Source: the human T2T-CHM13v2.0 reference genome, Homo sapiens
Assembly: GCF_009914755.1 (NCBI RefSeq)
Contig: NC_060930.1
Strand: one strand, 5' to 3'
Length of the DNA: 64,000 bases
A program made the position numbers and the translations under genes. Positions 26,201-41,158 of this stretch are shown in pieces (the stretch's first letter is position 1; each line of letters begins with the position of its first letter). The notes under the pieces were generated by a model, which searched no databases, was not told where the DNA came from, and was given only the letters and a program-made list of their open reading frames with translations.

Positions 26201-29200
26201 GGGATGGTGAATTCATTATCTACCATGGCATCCTATTCATTGTTGGGTATCTCAACTGTTACTAGTTTTGTAAGTTTTTTCAAATTTTGCCAAAATTCAT
26301 CTCCTTGAAACTTCCAATAGCATGACTTATAGTCTCTTCTACATAAAACCCTTCAAATATTTCTCTACTCCAGGATAAAAGTAACAAGGCGTTGAAGGAA
26401 AGTTTGTAAGGCCAAAATATCCCCATGTACCTTCTAGTAGTAGACTTGCTGTTTTGTTTGTTCAGTCAGCTCAAGTCATTGCATCTTCCCTACCATCCTT
26501 TTATAGTGCTCTTTTAAAGCAAGTTAGACTTATCATTTTAGGGCCAGTAAGACCCTCTGGGATCATCTGGTGTAAAAGTCTTATTTTAGGATGAAGAAAC
26601 AGGTTCAGGCAAAGGTGAAAATATTTTCTTAGGGTCATGCCGCTACTAGGAAGCTGAGTCAGACTTTGAACCCTAGTGACTCCCAGGCAAGGATTCTTTC
26701 CACTTCACTAAGTCCTTCAAAAATACAATGATCAAAACTGTTGCACTGCACTTTAAAAACTCAGTGTGTGTCCTGTCACATAAAAGAATGTATCTAAAGC
26801 CTGTTTGATAATTGTCATTGTGTTCCATATTCTAGCTATAGAATAACACATGCAGGATAGCTGTATCAGGGAACTTTCAGTGGGTTTGCTGTTCATCTAC
26901 ATAAACTGTCACTTTTATTTTCTGCTTCTTGAAAATGAGAAACTTCAGACAAATGCACATTTAGTTTTCCTACCCCAAACTCTGTAAACCATCATCTTGA
27001 AGTAAAATTACACAGCTTATGCTTACAACATAAGGGCCAGGTTTTATCTTCAAATATACCACCCACTCTCGAACAGCAGAATTTGGCCCTAAAAACCCAT
27101 TAACAAATATTGTCATTAAACTAAAGAGCTAATTACTTTGGATTCAGACAGAATGAACAAAATCGTAGGCCAACCGCAGCTGGTTGTAATAATGGTGAAA
27201 CTAACCGTATGTTACACCAGAGAATTAAGACATATTAACACTAATGGAACCAAACATATAACATTATCCTCCAAATGGAACTATTATAGTTAGAGAATTC
27301 TTGAAAGTACATTGTCTTATTTGATACAAGAAATAAAGAATCTTTCCAAGGAATTAATTGTCATAATTTGAAATTATCAGTGTTTAATGAAGAAGAAAAC
27401 ATGGAGAATTTCATACCACTACAATATTCCACAAATGAAGAATTATACCTAAAAATTATTTCGATCTAATTGGACACAAATTATTTTAAATTCAATTTTA
27501 AGTACTTAGGTATCTATAAATCTTCAATGTTCATCTTGGAGGAAAAATTTCCCCTTAGTTTTCTTATTGAAGAAATCATTATTGAAAAACACCCACTTAA
27601 CTTCCCCTTGTTGATGTCATCCCTAACCAGATTGTTGTTTACTACTCATTGTGTTAGACTTTTATATGAGAAACTTTTATATGAAGAGACTTTTATATGA
27701 AGAGAAAATGTGATTATACATGAGGGGACAGACTAGAAGATCAAAATGGTCCATTTCTGCTCTAAAACTTTATGTTTCTATGATTCTATAAAGTTTCTGT
27801 AATTTATTCTTCTGTTGCATGTTTTGCTTCCTGCGTATTGAGACTGTCTTGCTCAGGTTCCCTGAAACTACATTGTAAGTTTTCTTTAAGAAACTGCAAC
27901 TTAAAAACATAGTCTGATAAATACACCAATGATAATGAACATGATTCACTTCAAGACACAATTCATTCTTTCTCTACCTGTTCCTTTTTCCAGAAAAAAT
28001 AAGTAATAAGAAAAAAAGAAAGAAAGAGAGAGATGAGTAAAGGTATGCTTCTCTGAAATTGAAATAGTGCAGATGATTTACACTAAAAGCTTTATGAAAT
28101 TTTATTTGGAGATTTTATCCAATGATAAACTTGTGAACTACAAATTTTAGGCTATGTTCAGGTATGACAATCTTACTAGTGAGCACAATTCTAATAACAA
28201 GTGCATGTGAAACTTCATTATTATAGTTAATCCAATACTGCAAATTTTTAATTTTGATTACTTGAAAAAAGTACTCTATTATTTTATGCAAATGACTATA
28301 TTCAATTCTCTACATGTAAAACTAATAGCTAATATGTGCTAATTGGCACTATTAAGATATACTTCTTTTTGATGAAAGGTTTATTGTTGCCTTTTGATAC
28401 GTTATGGATAAAAAATTCTACATAATGTGAACAAGTGTACACAAAGACTAATAGAGACAAAAAATGTCTATAAGCCTGAAATCCAATAAAAGGATTTTGA
28501 TTAAAAACTTCAGCCTTCACTATAAAAATAATATCTTATTGAACCTTTAACATCACAATTTAAGATCTGAATATGCCCCTACTAAACACTTTCACTGAAA
28601 TAAAAAAAACCTTTTGTAAACTTAAAATTACAAATTATAAAAATGAAGTTGCTAAATGACATATAGGAAACAGAAATACAATAAAGTGATATTCACCAAA
28701 TGTACATGTAAACTTCCGTAAATGTATCACATGATTTATAAGTTCTTATTTGCTAAGAAAAAAAGTAATGGAAAGAGGTATTAAGCAGATTTGTTCTTTT
28801 AAAATCTAAGGCTGAGCTTTCAAAATGAAGAGAAAAAGACACAATCCTCAAAATTTAGAAATACTTCACCAAACCTAGTAACAACTCATTATTTTCATCT
28901 TTTAGAAATTTCTTATAATTAGATACAATAACCCTAAATATCTAAATAATTGAAACATTACACGAAACAGAGCAATAGCTACAGAGAACAATGACAGGGC
29001 TATCACTCTGAAAGAGAGATAGTGACACCTGGGAATTAGCCCATCATACTGAACTTTAAAAAGGAATAACTCAAATTAGGGGAGTCAAAAAGGGAGCATC
29101 AATTTAGCACTTCTGTAACAAAATTACCCCTTCCTTATTTATTCTTATGACTATAGGAAACAACCAACATAAAAGCTCAGGTTTAGCATAAGGTTTGAAA

Positions 29201-29231
29201 ATGGGAACTAGATTGTATTGAATGTCACTTT

Positions 29232-29430
29232 CAGTGTTTCTCAAAGGCCTCAGACTCACAGGCATCAGGATAACTTGTGAGTGGGTAAATGTAAAAATAC
29301 ACATTCTTACGCCACATCCCATTCCTAGTGGATCTACGTTTCTGTGAAATATCCCCAGGGATTAGCATTTTAAGGATCCCTCCTCCCAATTTCATGTGAC
29401 TCCTATGCACATTAAACTTTGAGAACCACA
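29232..29430. mobile_element. MER5-family hAT element
   Basis: TIRs CAGTGTTTCTCAAA...TTTGAGAACCACAG. Confidence 0.75.
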
Positions 29431-29799
29431 GTATGTTAATGCTTTGTAATGTGATACTGATTATCAAATATCAAGGTTTCTACTCTGCCCTTCTTATATT
29501 TACATTTACATGACAGATAACAATTTTTAAACATTATGTTTTATTTATTTCCCCTTTTTGCTGTGGAACTACACATACATGGATAGTTTTCTTACATTTA
29601 ATAGTTTCTTTTCCTTTCTTATATTTTATTAAAATATATAATTACTTTTGATGCCATTAAGAGTTATGCAAATATGTGTGGTGGTACCCCCTAAATTTGC
29701 TTACCTTCAAATCCTTGTGCTCATTCAGCAATTTTTGAACATATATGGTGGAAACTTTCAAAGGAATATATGTAGTGGATTCTCTCCTTAATTTCCAAG

Positions 29800-29880
29800 G
29801 GTTTTAAAACAGGTCAGGGAGACTCCTGGGGTGGCCACCAGAAATGCCGTTGAGAATAGAAGACACCAATGCTGAAGACA
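29800..29880 (+). other. Candidate short non-coding exon
   Basis: Acceptor ttctctccttaatttccaag| and donor ACA|GTGAGT; all three frames closed from this acceptor. Confidence 0.25.
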
Positions 29881-30639
29881 GTGAGTATCTGATTATCTCT
29901 AAACAGAACAGAAAAAGAAGTGGTCGGTCACCTGTAATTCATAGAGAATCTGCTATGGAGAAAGTTATTTTCAGTGTTACTAAATTTAAACTTGGCCAGG
30001 GTTTGCTGCTCCCTGATTTAGCAGAGTTGTCATTTAAAATTTCATGTCATTGTGAAGTCAGAATTACATGATGCTGCCTGCAGGGCATTCTGGTTGAATT
30101 CCTATTGCTTTAATTGACTATTTTTTTCTACACATTGCATCAGGTGATATCATTACTAATTTTATTTTTGATATGCAGGTGCTACATTTTGCAGCTGAAT
30201 TTCTAAGTCAGGTTGATGAGGTCTCTTGGAAATATTTCTTTACATGAGGCTCTATCACCCCCGTAAAAGATAAAATGGGATACTTTAAATCCCCATGGAA
30301 TCATCTGGTAATTTTGCTATATTTCCTTTCACATGGGTAGTACTTGCCAAGATAATTAGGTATAAACAAGAAAATATTCTTTTTAGTCAAAATGTGTTGC
30401 CTATTCGGGAAAACCAAAATTCTAGAATCTTTGTTGGATGAGTTAAGCAGAAGTTGGTAGTGGCTGATAGAAAAAGAGAAGAAAACATCTATTTTTAAAA
30501 TTGGTAATCAACCATGCAAGTACTCTCCTAAAGAACAGAGGAAATGAAATGTACAGATAAATACATGGTCAAAACTAAGATGACAAGAGCATACACACAT
30601 GCAAACCCAGAGTACACTGCATAACAATAGTTCTCAGAG

Positions 30640-31110
30640 AAGGTTCTATTGCTTGGCCAACCACCGCGCCCAGCTCTCTTCTTTCTTGCTACACCTCTCA
30701 CAAATAGAGAACAGAAAATCAAGTGTTCACTTTCTGATTCTTCCTTACTGCTAAGAGTGGTCATGTGACCCCACTTTGGCTCCCCATTTGGGCTCATAAG
30801 CTATAAGAAGTATGCTGGGTAAGAAATCCTGCCAGAATATTGTTTTATTGATAAACAGATTCCTGCTTCTCTTCTCTCTTTCACACATTTGCTTGCCTTG
30901 AATGACGACATGATGCTTTCGGGATAGAGCAGCTGTCTTGTCCCCATGATGTAAAAGACAATGGAAGTCCAGAGAAACACAAAGATATAGGGCCTGTGAA
31001 GGATGAGCAACTTAACAAATAGCACTAATGGCTTTCCCTGAAATTCTACCTGTGTAAACCATTCAGTTGTCGTTTCTTGCTGATAGAGGCATTTCTGGTT
31101 GACAAAATGT
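30640..31110. mobile_element. Old ERVL LTR (LTR33/LTR16-like)
   Basis: ggtcatgtgac and gcagctgtcttg motifs; heavily decayed. Confidence 0.45.
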
Positions 31111-31716
31111 ACAAAAAATGTGTTAAAAAGTAAGTGCCACTGAAACGGTTGCAATGATAGCTACTGTTTAACTCCAATAAGGAGAAGGTTTCATGATGCA
31201 GAGTCAAAAACAGCCTTCATTCTGACAGAGGTTGGAACTTGCCTTTTTTTTTTTTTTTTTTTTTTTTGACTCCTAGGAGATTTGGGCATGTGGAGAATAA
31301 TGGGACAGGAGATGACGGTAATGAATTAAAACAGAATGGAATGGAATGGAAAGCCTAGCGCAGGGCTTGGTTTGGAAGGAGACGGTCCAGTATTATAGCA
31401 GGAAAAAGGAAGACTCTCATCTTTGCCTCGGTGACAAAGCTATGTATGACATTACTCAAAATCTCAGTAAGAGACTTAAGTTTCACCTCAAAGTTCATTA
31501 TTCTTATCTCACAAAGTCTTGTGGATTCTTTTTTACTGAACTATTTTTCACATTTAGCACTTCACTACTATCTTCCCTTCATAAATATTTCTTCCTTAAC
31601 TACAGTTCAGGCTTTCACCATCTTTTTCCTAAAGTATTGGCAGAGACTCTTTAATAGATTTCTCTATTTCTTTTTTCTTAGATGCTATAGTATGTTCTGT
31701 AATTGCCTTAAGACTC

Positions 31717-32009
<293 letters not shown>

Positions 32010-32094
32010 TAAGACGTACTTCTTAAAGCACTGATCTCATTGGATCCCTATTCTTTTCAAAACAAAGAGCTCTCTTTGTCTATTGAATTAAGTT

Positions 32095-32635
32095 TGATGT
32101 AGTTTGTATATTTGTTCCTGCCCAAATCCTATGGTGAACTGTAATCCCCAATGTTGGAGGTGGGGCCTGGTGGGAGGTGACTGGATCATGGGGGTGGGTT
32201 TCTCATAAATGGTTTTAGCACCATCCCCTTGGTACTGTTCTTGTGATAGTTCTCATGAGGTATGGTCATTTAAAAGTGTGTGGCATCTTTTATGGGTTCA
32301 TAACTAAACCCATAAAAACCTTCCTCTTAAACACAGCCTTCTTCCAGTGCTCTCATTTTGTAAATAGCACTATCAGTCATCAGCTGAATAAGCCAAAAAC
32401 CAAGATCTTCGAGCTTTGAAAAAGGTTGCTCCTGCTTTCACCATGTGATGTGCCTGCTCCCCTTTGCCTTCTGCCATGACTGTAAGCTTCCTGAGGCCTC
32501 CCTAGAAGCCCAGCAGATGCCAGCACCATGCTTATGGAAAAGCCTGAAGAACTATGAACCAGTTAAGCCTCTCTTCTTTATAAGTTACCCAGTCTCAGGC
32601 ATTTCTTTATAGCAATGCAAGAATGGTCTAATACA
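32095..32635 (+). mobile_element. MSTA-like MaLR solo LTR with a foreign ~138-bp insert
   Basis: TGAT...TAATACA termini, TSD AAGTT/AAGTC, MST text interrupted at 32288-32425. Confidence 0.9.
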
Positions 32636-33464
32636 AAGTCCAAGGTCCTTAACCTGGCATTTAATTCTCCCCATAATATGAAAGCTTCCAGATTTCCTAT
32701 CCCTTTCTGAACCCTCTAGGTGGTTTGCTGGGTGGATTTATCCCCACTCCAAAGTTGCACTCTAATTTTCTTAAGATAATCAGTGTATCTCAACCTCTTC
32801 CTGCAATGATAGGAATGAGCACATAACCTTATTAGGTCAATTGGTCTCCACTCTGAGGCTTTGGTTGCCCTATTCTATTTAAAAAAAAAAAAAAAAAGCT
32901 CTGTTTTTCTTACTGGACATAAGCATGTAAAATGCAGCCTCTGGAACTACTGGCAGCCATCTTGGGATCATGAGAGGAAAACCTGCATGAAATTAGGTGA
33001 ACAACAAGGAAACAGAGCTGAGAAACAGAAAAAGAAGAACTGGGTTCTGTTATTGTTTCACTCCTGGAGAGAGATTTGCTTGCAGTAGGAATACCCTAAA
33101 CATTTCAGTTATATGTGAATCTAGGGATTCCTTTTTTGATTAAGCCACTTTGGCTTAGTATTTTCATTACTTTCAATTAAAAATATCTTTTCTATTTATT
33201 TCTATTTTTATCGTGTGCCTACCAATTTCATTCATTTTACTCATCTCTCGTATTATCCATATTCTATAGTTTTTCATGATTCAGCTCACCTCCCCCATTA
33301 AACCTTTCCAGATTCTTCTAATTCATAATGAGAGAATCCTAAATCGAAACCACTTTATTATCCACTGTATATACTAATAAGAAAGCTCATGAAGGTCTAT
33401 GACCAATCATTTGGTGATGATTCTCAAATTTTATCTTTAGCTTAACATTTTTTCCCTTATTTCC

Positions 33465-33610
33465 ATATTTATTTATTTATTGCAGTTTTAGCAGAGATGA
33501 GGTTTCTCTATCTTGCCCAGGCTGGTCTCAAACTCCTGGACAAAAGCAATCCACCCACCTCAGCCTCTCACAGTGCCAGGATTACAGACATAAGCCACCA
33601 TGCTTGACCC
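33465..33610 (-). mobile_element. FLAM
   Basis: Single antisense Alu monomer. Confidence 0.8.
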
Positions 33611-33619
33611 ATATTTTAT

Positions 33620-34268
33620 TTCTAATTGAATAGTTGACATGTGAACTTCAACGTTTTGAAGACTCTCCAAACTGAATGTGTTTATAACTAAATCCATAAA
33701 AACCTTCCTCTTAAATCAGCCTTCATCCAGTGTTCTCTTTTTGTAAACAGCCCCATCAGTCATCAGTTGAATGAGCCAAAATCCCAAGTCTTCAACCCTT
33801 TAAAAAGGAATCAGAGCAGATTTGTTCCTTCTTTTCTTCTTTAGGTTCATTATCTAATCATCAGATCCTTTTGATTTTACTTCCTAAATAATTTTCAAAC
33901 CTACTTCACTACTTTTCTCTGTGTATCCTCCTCTTCTTTTTCTCCTCCTCTACCACCATCATAACCTTGTCTGTTTCCCTCCAGTATATTTTCCACATGG
34001 CATCTATCTAGAGTGATCTTTTAAAAAAACACAATTAATTGTGCCAATCCCTTGTGTAAAAACTTTTAATACCTTTCCACAGTTCTCAGGCTAAAGAAAG
34101 ATAACACTTTACTGTGACCTCATATCATCTGATCCCTGTCTAACTCTCTAGCCTCATCTCCCTAGATGACAGACACTCTTTTTTTTTTTTTCATTTTTAG
34201 ATACCCAACATTCAGCAGAGTCTTTAATACATAGTAGGCACTCAACAAATATTTGTTGAATGAATGAA
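33620..34268 (+). mobile_element. L2 3' fragment
   Basis: Ends atagtaggcactcaacaaatatttgttgaatgaatgaa. Confidence 0.75.
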
Positions 34269-35984
34269 CAATTACTTTGCAGTAACTCTTAAATCATGAA
34301 GCACCTTGTGTTAAAAATGTTTCCTTTATATATTATTGTCTGAATTACTTATAAGTATATTGAAGATAAGGATATGTCTTACATTACTTCATACCCTATA
34401 ATAGAATGCCATGCAAATAGTATGGGTTCAGAAGGTATTTGATTTTATCAATATTAATAATTCAACTCTGAATATTTTTCAAAAGCTTGAAGTTGATTCT
34501 CTCTCTCTCACAATGGCTAGTTTACCACTTTTCTATAAGATTAGAAATGACCCAGAAGAAATATATTATTACTCTGCCAAAAAAAGGTAGTAAAAAATAG
34601 AACATTTGTGTCTGATCAGAATTCTACAGAATTTACACAGATTAACTATAAAGAAGCTGCTTTTCTACATGACAAGAAAAACCCTCAGCTAAACCTTGAG
34701 TTCTGTGGACAAACACTCAAGCATGTTTGCTATTTTCATGGTCATATTTTCAAATATTTTATATTTCTCTTTAGACATCATTTATCCTTGAAAAATAGAA
34801 AAAAATACATTTAATAACTAAGAGCTGAAGTCTTTTGAGTTAGAGACTGATTATTTTGGAAAACAGTTACCCCAAGTTCAAATTAATTCCTAGTTAGTGG
34901 ACATTTACCTGAAAAGAACAAAAGGATCTTCAGAGATTCAAAAGTAGGTATGAAATTCTAGCCTATTTTATATACTAATATCATTCCAAATAAGAGAAAT
35001 ATTTCCCAGAGTAGCCTAAATTGAAAACATGCATAGGGAACATAAAAGCAATGAAAACAGTTGGGCTGGGAATGTATTTTGTTAAACAGGAAGACACAGG
35101 GATACCTGCTTCTCCAGGGCTTCTAACAGTGTTAGCTGTAGCCAGATAATGTTTTCCAAGTTGGAGAACGGTAGGCAGAATTGGGATTGAAGAGATACAA
35201 AAGGAAGAGAGGCAGGAAATGTAAGGGTAGACGATGCAAATTTTGTGCCTGAATAAAATTCCTGAGTAGGCTTAATCTTCGGGCTCTAAAAAACAACTTG
35301 AAGCTTGCCTAAGGCATAGTTATACAAGAAGTAATTGCCTTTGGGTTTCTATATACCTGTTATTCAGTTATAAATACTTTCTAGTTTTCACAGGGTATTA
35401 AATCTGTTAGGATATTAGTAAAATTAATATATATAATATATATATATATGAAAAAGAAAAGAAAAAGAGCCCTCTTGCATGAAATGCATTTTGAGAATGA
35501 CTACACATAGTTCTCTTAAAAATCTGAGAGTGAGCTATTTTACACTTTTCCCCTAGAGTACTAAAAGATATTTTAGGAAACTAGTGAATCATGATTTAAT
35601 ATTCAATTGCTTTTCAAGCAAAATAAGAAATTCCACCAAAGTGTCAGTCATGATTTCATTTTTCCTGAAACATAAACTCCAACGGGTAGGTTGAAGCTGC
35701 ACTGTTTATTTTGCTCTTCTGTATATAAATAAAAAATAAGATTAACGGAATGATGGAAGAATAACTTCTTATGCTGTGCCTTTTCTGACATGCTTCTTTT
35801 CTGTACTTGGGGGAAAAAGCAAATTTTCATGTGTAGGATATTTTATTTGCTAAACTTTTTTTGTTTTATTTAATAATTTCTGGATCTTTTGACAAAATTG
35901 TGTTTATTCCATGCATGAAAATTGATATATGTTCTAAAATTATAGCACAAACCTTTTATATTTCTTTTAAAATTCTTTTTCTGG

Positions 35985-36393
<409 letters not shown>

Positions 36394-38590
36394 TTAGAAT
36401 ACGCTATGATACCTCCTATTAATACAAAGTAAAATTATTCCTCATAATTTAAAAAATTTCCCAAGGAAACAAAAGAAATAATATTGTATGATAAGAACTA
36501 AACAAGTAAAAAAAAAAATACACGTACATTGTAACCCCTAGATGATCAGCTTTCTGTGATTTTCTCAACAAATGAGTGACAGAAGAGTCTGAGAACTCCC
36601 AATACTCCATTAAAGAGATCTAAAAAGAATGTCATTACAAGGATACAGAACTAGAATATGATTAGAGAAGCTAAAATTGTTAATACAGGAAGGGGAGGGC
36701 TAGATGAGAGTAGCACTTAAAATTTTGGATTTTTTTTCTTCTTAAGAGGATGCACCTCCAACAAAACAATTCTTACATGGAATCCTAGAGTCTTTGGAAC
36801 GTGGTTTGAACACCACCAGCTTTGAGAAGGAAGAGAAAATCCAGAAGTCAGAAGTGGACCATGTTGATCAGGATCCTACACCTTCCAGGTAATGGCAGAA
36901 GTCACTTATTCAGATGATTCCACAAATTTCCCTTTGTCTGGATGGTGTATCCCTTGCAATCATCCATGTTTACTGATCAGTTCACAGGACAGAAAAGGTG
37001 GTCCAGGTAGGGGACACAAAGAACATCAATGTTTTGGCAACAGTAGTGGTCAGGAGTGGTCCCCATTCATGAATCAACCTTGCAGTTCAGAAACTTCAGC
37101 TCCTAATGAGTCTGACCAGAATGAGAGTGCCTCCTTGAGCCAGACTCTCAGGTTGGTAATTCAGACATCTGTACCCTAAACTGTGGTACCTTCCACAAGG
37201 GCAGATTTATTATGGGGTTCATTATAGAGAGCCACCTGGTCTACTTTGTTCAACACCCTGATCTTCCTCACTCTGTGGTCCTACTATGGGCATTTTTTTC
37301 AGGTCTTCTAAAAAAGTGCTCATTAAGACATCTGCCATTTATGAATTTCTCTATGTTTTGTACTATAGTGATAATTAGTACAAATCATATGCAACTCACA
37401 TAAGATAACATCAACTTATACATAGGTACACTCAGGTCAACTATCCAATTAGGTAAATATATCGTTATTGAATAATTGTAATAGGCTGAAAAATTGAGTG
37501 AATGGATATAGCTTTACTCATAATTCACAGAATATCCTCATACTTATATGTTTTTTCTCATTTAAATGTTTCTTCTTTACTCCCAACTCCTTTAAAGTAC
37601 ACTTGTTTATTTTGTTTTTGATTAATAACAGGTGAATTTTTCTGTGCTGTTTTTGGTGGGGAGGAGTCTGTTGCAGGTACATTTCTCTGCTGATAATAGA
37701 ATGTTTGGCTTATAGTGGATGCTTAAAGCATGATGATGATCACTATACACAATATTTTGTGTGTGTGCAAAAGAGAAAAATACTTCTAGTCTTTATCTAC
37801 TATCGTTTTCATTTATTTCTGGTACCAGCATGACAGAAGATTTGCATTACTTCTGAGCATAGGCATGATGCATTTAGATACACTTTTCCATCTCTCCACA
37901 AGATAAAACCTATGCCATGTAACAATCGGTACTGCAATTGTATACTCTATTGAAATATTTTAGACTTTGATAGGCTCAATAGATATAAACATACAGAAAA
38001 GATAGATGTCAAAGAACTGGAAAATGTTGAACTATCTACATCTTCAGTACTGCCGACGCCGGGCCCATGTTATCAGTTCCACTTTCTCAGAATGTTACAC
38101 TGAAAGTGAGCTACCCATACTTTTTATGATGACTTTAAAAATGAGTCTACATATGCTAAAATGATTTGCGACATCTTCTTGACTTACATAAAATGAAAGT
38201 TAAAAATATGTTTTGAAACTCTTTACAACAATCAAAGACTAATGTATTTTTGATGAAAGGCAAGGAGGTAAACAATACTGGGAAATGTAGAACATCCATG
38301 TGTTAATTTATGCTATTGTACAGCATCATTTCTCTAGTTGACAAAAATATCCATTTCACAGAAAAGTTAAGAAACAGAATTCTTCTGTTAATGTTAATAC
38401 CAAGGGAAAGTTCAAATAAGTCAAAAATAAAACAAGATACGAGTACTTTTTTTTTTTTAATGAAAATAGCTCTTAACTGGGGCTAGGTGATGTGGCTTCT
38501 AATCTAGGCTCTACTATGGCCTGAGATAAGTTATTTCTTCCTCCTCAATTTTTATTTTGTCTATTCATATAAAAAGCGGTTGGATTAAAC

Positions 38591-38760
38591 CAGAGGTTTT
38601 TAAAGTTTGGCTGCACTTTAGACTATACCTGGGTGTAAAGAAATACCAATGCCCAGTCCCCATCCTCACAGATTCTGGTTCCACTGGTCTGGGGTGGAGA
38701 AACTGAGCCTCCGAAGTTCCCCATGTGATTTTAATATGGAACCTGAGCTGAGAGTCACTG
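38591..38760. mobile_element. MER5A1-like hAT element
   Basis: CAGAGGTTTTTAAA...GAGAGTCACTG ends; cagattctggttcc..ggtctggggtgg core. Confidence 0.7.
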
Positions 38761-39597
38761 AATACATGTCCTCCAAGCACCTTCAGTGCCTAAGAGTGTA
38801 TGATTCTGGAATTTCTGGGAAAAGTTCCTTAACAGACACACACAGAAACAGGCAAAGTTTGTTCATTAATCTGGATTCTCATTTAGAATCTAATAGTAGT
38901 TTTCTACGTAAGTCAGGTCTATATTTTTAATGAAAACCACGATACCTTTTGTGCAAATTAGATAAAGTATTAATAAAGAAGATTGGTAGAGGAAAGAGAA
39001 GCAGAGAAATAAAATATAAGCACTGTCAGAATATACACTTTCTAAAAGCAATTTTGTATCTTCTCATCAATATTTAATTACAATGTTATTAGGTGCTTAT
39101 TTACACATAGCAATTTAGAATCCTAAGCTTTTAAAAATTCATCTACTTTAAACATACAAAATACAAAAAGATAATCATGATAGTGGGAACACAAAGTTCA
39201 CTGCTACAGAAATGTTGAGACTTAGTCTGCTTAAAGGAGACAAAGATTTATTTTACTGAAGACGCTGCTTGATGATTATTTATTAGATGACTAAAACTCT
39301 CCCATGAGTAAATGTAGACCTATGTCTATCGAATTATTGGAAAAGAGCTTTCCTAGGAAACAGTTGGTGGCTCTTGCTTTTCTACAGAAAGGTCCAGAAA
39401 TTGCTCAATAGTGTCTCTATGGACCACACAAACTCAGCCCAGCAGAACTTCTGGTGGTTTGGCCAAAGGAAAGAGCATCAGTGTAGAAGATTGGCTGTGG
39501 CATAGTTTGCTTACTTGGCTAGAGGATCACTTTACCAGTATGTGATAAGTTAAAAAGAAGAATAGGAAAAAAATATTTTTTGTGTGTCTTTAAAAAG

Positions 39598-39726
39598 ATT
39601 TTTTTTTGTTATAGTTTCAGGATGTACACGTACAGATTTGCTACATGGATATATTGCATAATGGTAGGGTGTGGGCTTCTAGTATACCCATCACCTGAAT
39701 AGTAAACATTGTACCCAATATGTAAT
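39598..39726 (-). mobile_element. L1PB-type 3' end fragment
   Basis: gtatacccatcacctgaatagtaaacattgtacccaata. Confidence 0.75.
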
Positions 39727-41116
39727 AGAAGAAAGAAGGTTTAAGAAAGTGTAAAGGAATCATTGGGAGAGGGCTGGTCTAATACTTTGCATTTTCTGAC
39801 TAAATATCCTGAGATGTCACCAACTACTCATTTTGCGAGATGGATAATAGACAAGGTTGAATATTATAGACCTGTACCCTGAAGAAAAGAGAGAGGACCA
39901 AGTTTGTTCCCCACAGCCCCCGCCACCATATTAATAGGTTATTCTACATAATGTTGTTTTTCAACTCCATGCTCTGCCAGTGCTCCTCTGTACCACTGTT
40001 TGGCTGAATAATATATAAAATCTAGGTTTGTTGTCAGTTTCAAATTAGTAATTATCCCTTGTGCATTTCTGTTTCTAAATATTTTTTACTTTCTCCACTG
40101 TTAGGCTTGAGAGCTCTCCAAAGACAGATCATACTTTTCTAAGCACTCCGTATATTGGACATAAAGAAATGCTGAAGGTAATCAGAGATTAAATTAAGAT
40201 TATTTTTAAAACTCACAGGCAAGCTTTCAACTATAAACTTCAAATTTGTGAGCTTTTACACTTTCTTGAGTGACTTCAATTTGCAAAGTTGTTTAATCTC
40301 ATTATACACATAAAAATATCCTCCTTGATTTGGATTCTGTTATCATTAATTTTCAGTTAGCAAAAGGCATAGAAACAGGCCTGCTCATGTACCAGGGTAC
40401 CTAGTGGAGAGGATGATTTTTCAGCAGCTCGAATCAAACATGCGTTTTGCTTGCCATCCATCACCCTGATATGAGCTGCATCCACCAGGAGGGAGAGATA
40501 CATTTTAACAATTTGCATAAAAGCGCCAAATGGGGCTAAAAGTGGCCCTGCCCCTAATCTTGAAATTGTGATGGGGTTTCCTTGGGGAGGGAAAGATGTA
40601 TGAGGTAAACAATAAGCATACAAGGGTTAGACCTCTGTCTCCTCTCTTTTGCACTTTTCTGTTCAGCCACAGTTAGGAGACAGGAGTTGCGTTTGAAACT
40701 AGGAGATGAGAACTACAGACCTGTTTTGCCATCTATACTTAACTCTAGCCTCGTTTTCTGCAGTTGGATGCAGTTGGCCTCCATCTGGTCTATGAGACAC
40801 TGCAGCAGGCACAGGTGAAATCCCCACAGACAGGATGCTGAGAGCTGTATCTGAAAGACTGCCTAACTCTGAGATCCCCCTTTCTGTTTGGAGGGGCTTA
40901 ATATCCAGAAATAGGTGAACCATATTCTCTGGGTCAGCATCAATTAAAATTTGTTTAATTAGGAACATTCATGCATTTGTTCATCCAACAAAAACGTATA
41001 GCATAACTTCCTTGTTCTAAGCCATGGGGGATATAAAGATTCTTAGATACTTTGCCAGCACAAAGCTCATCACTGAATTCAGCTTAAATTGTTTTACGTC
41101 AATTCTTGAGCTTCAG

Positions 41117-41118
41117 CA

Positions 41119-41157
<39 letters not shown>
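41117..41157. repeat. (CA)n microsatellite
   Basis: Read directly from the sequence. Confidence 0.95.

Positions 41158-41158
<1 letters not shown>

Noticed and set aside
36747-36888. Apparent + strand coding exon (DAPPTKQFLHGILESLERG...DPTPS) with AG/GT ends
   Set aside because: The first half resembles a decayed hAT-element end (similar text near 52350-52530), the donor is modest, and the peptide is unrecognised
36892-37320. 95-aa ORF and moderate-GC block as a processed pseudogene
   Set aside because: No parent protein recognised in the frames I read; no poly-A or TSD; could be an ancient repeat
40480-40525. CTCF-like CCACCAGGAGGGAG and octamer ATTTGCAT
   Set aside because: The CTCF match has two core mismatches, and the octamer lacks a canonical SOX-OCT arrangement; single motifs are uninformative
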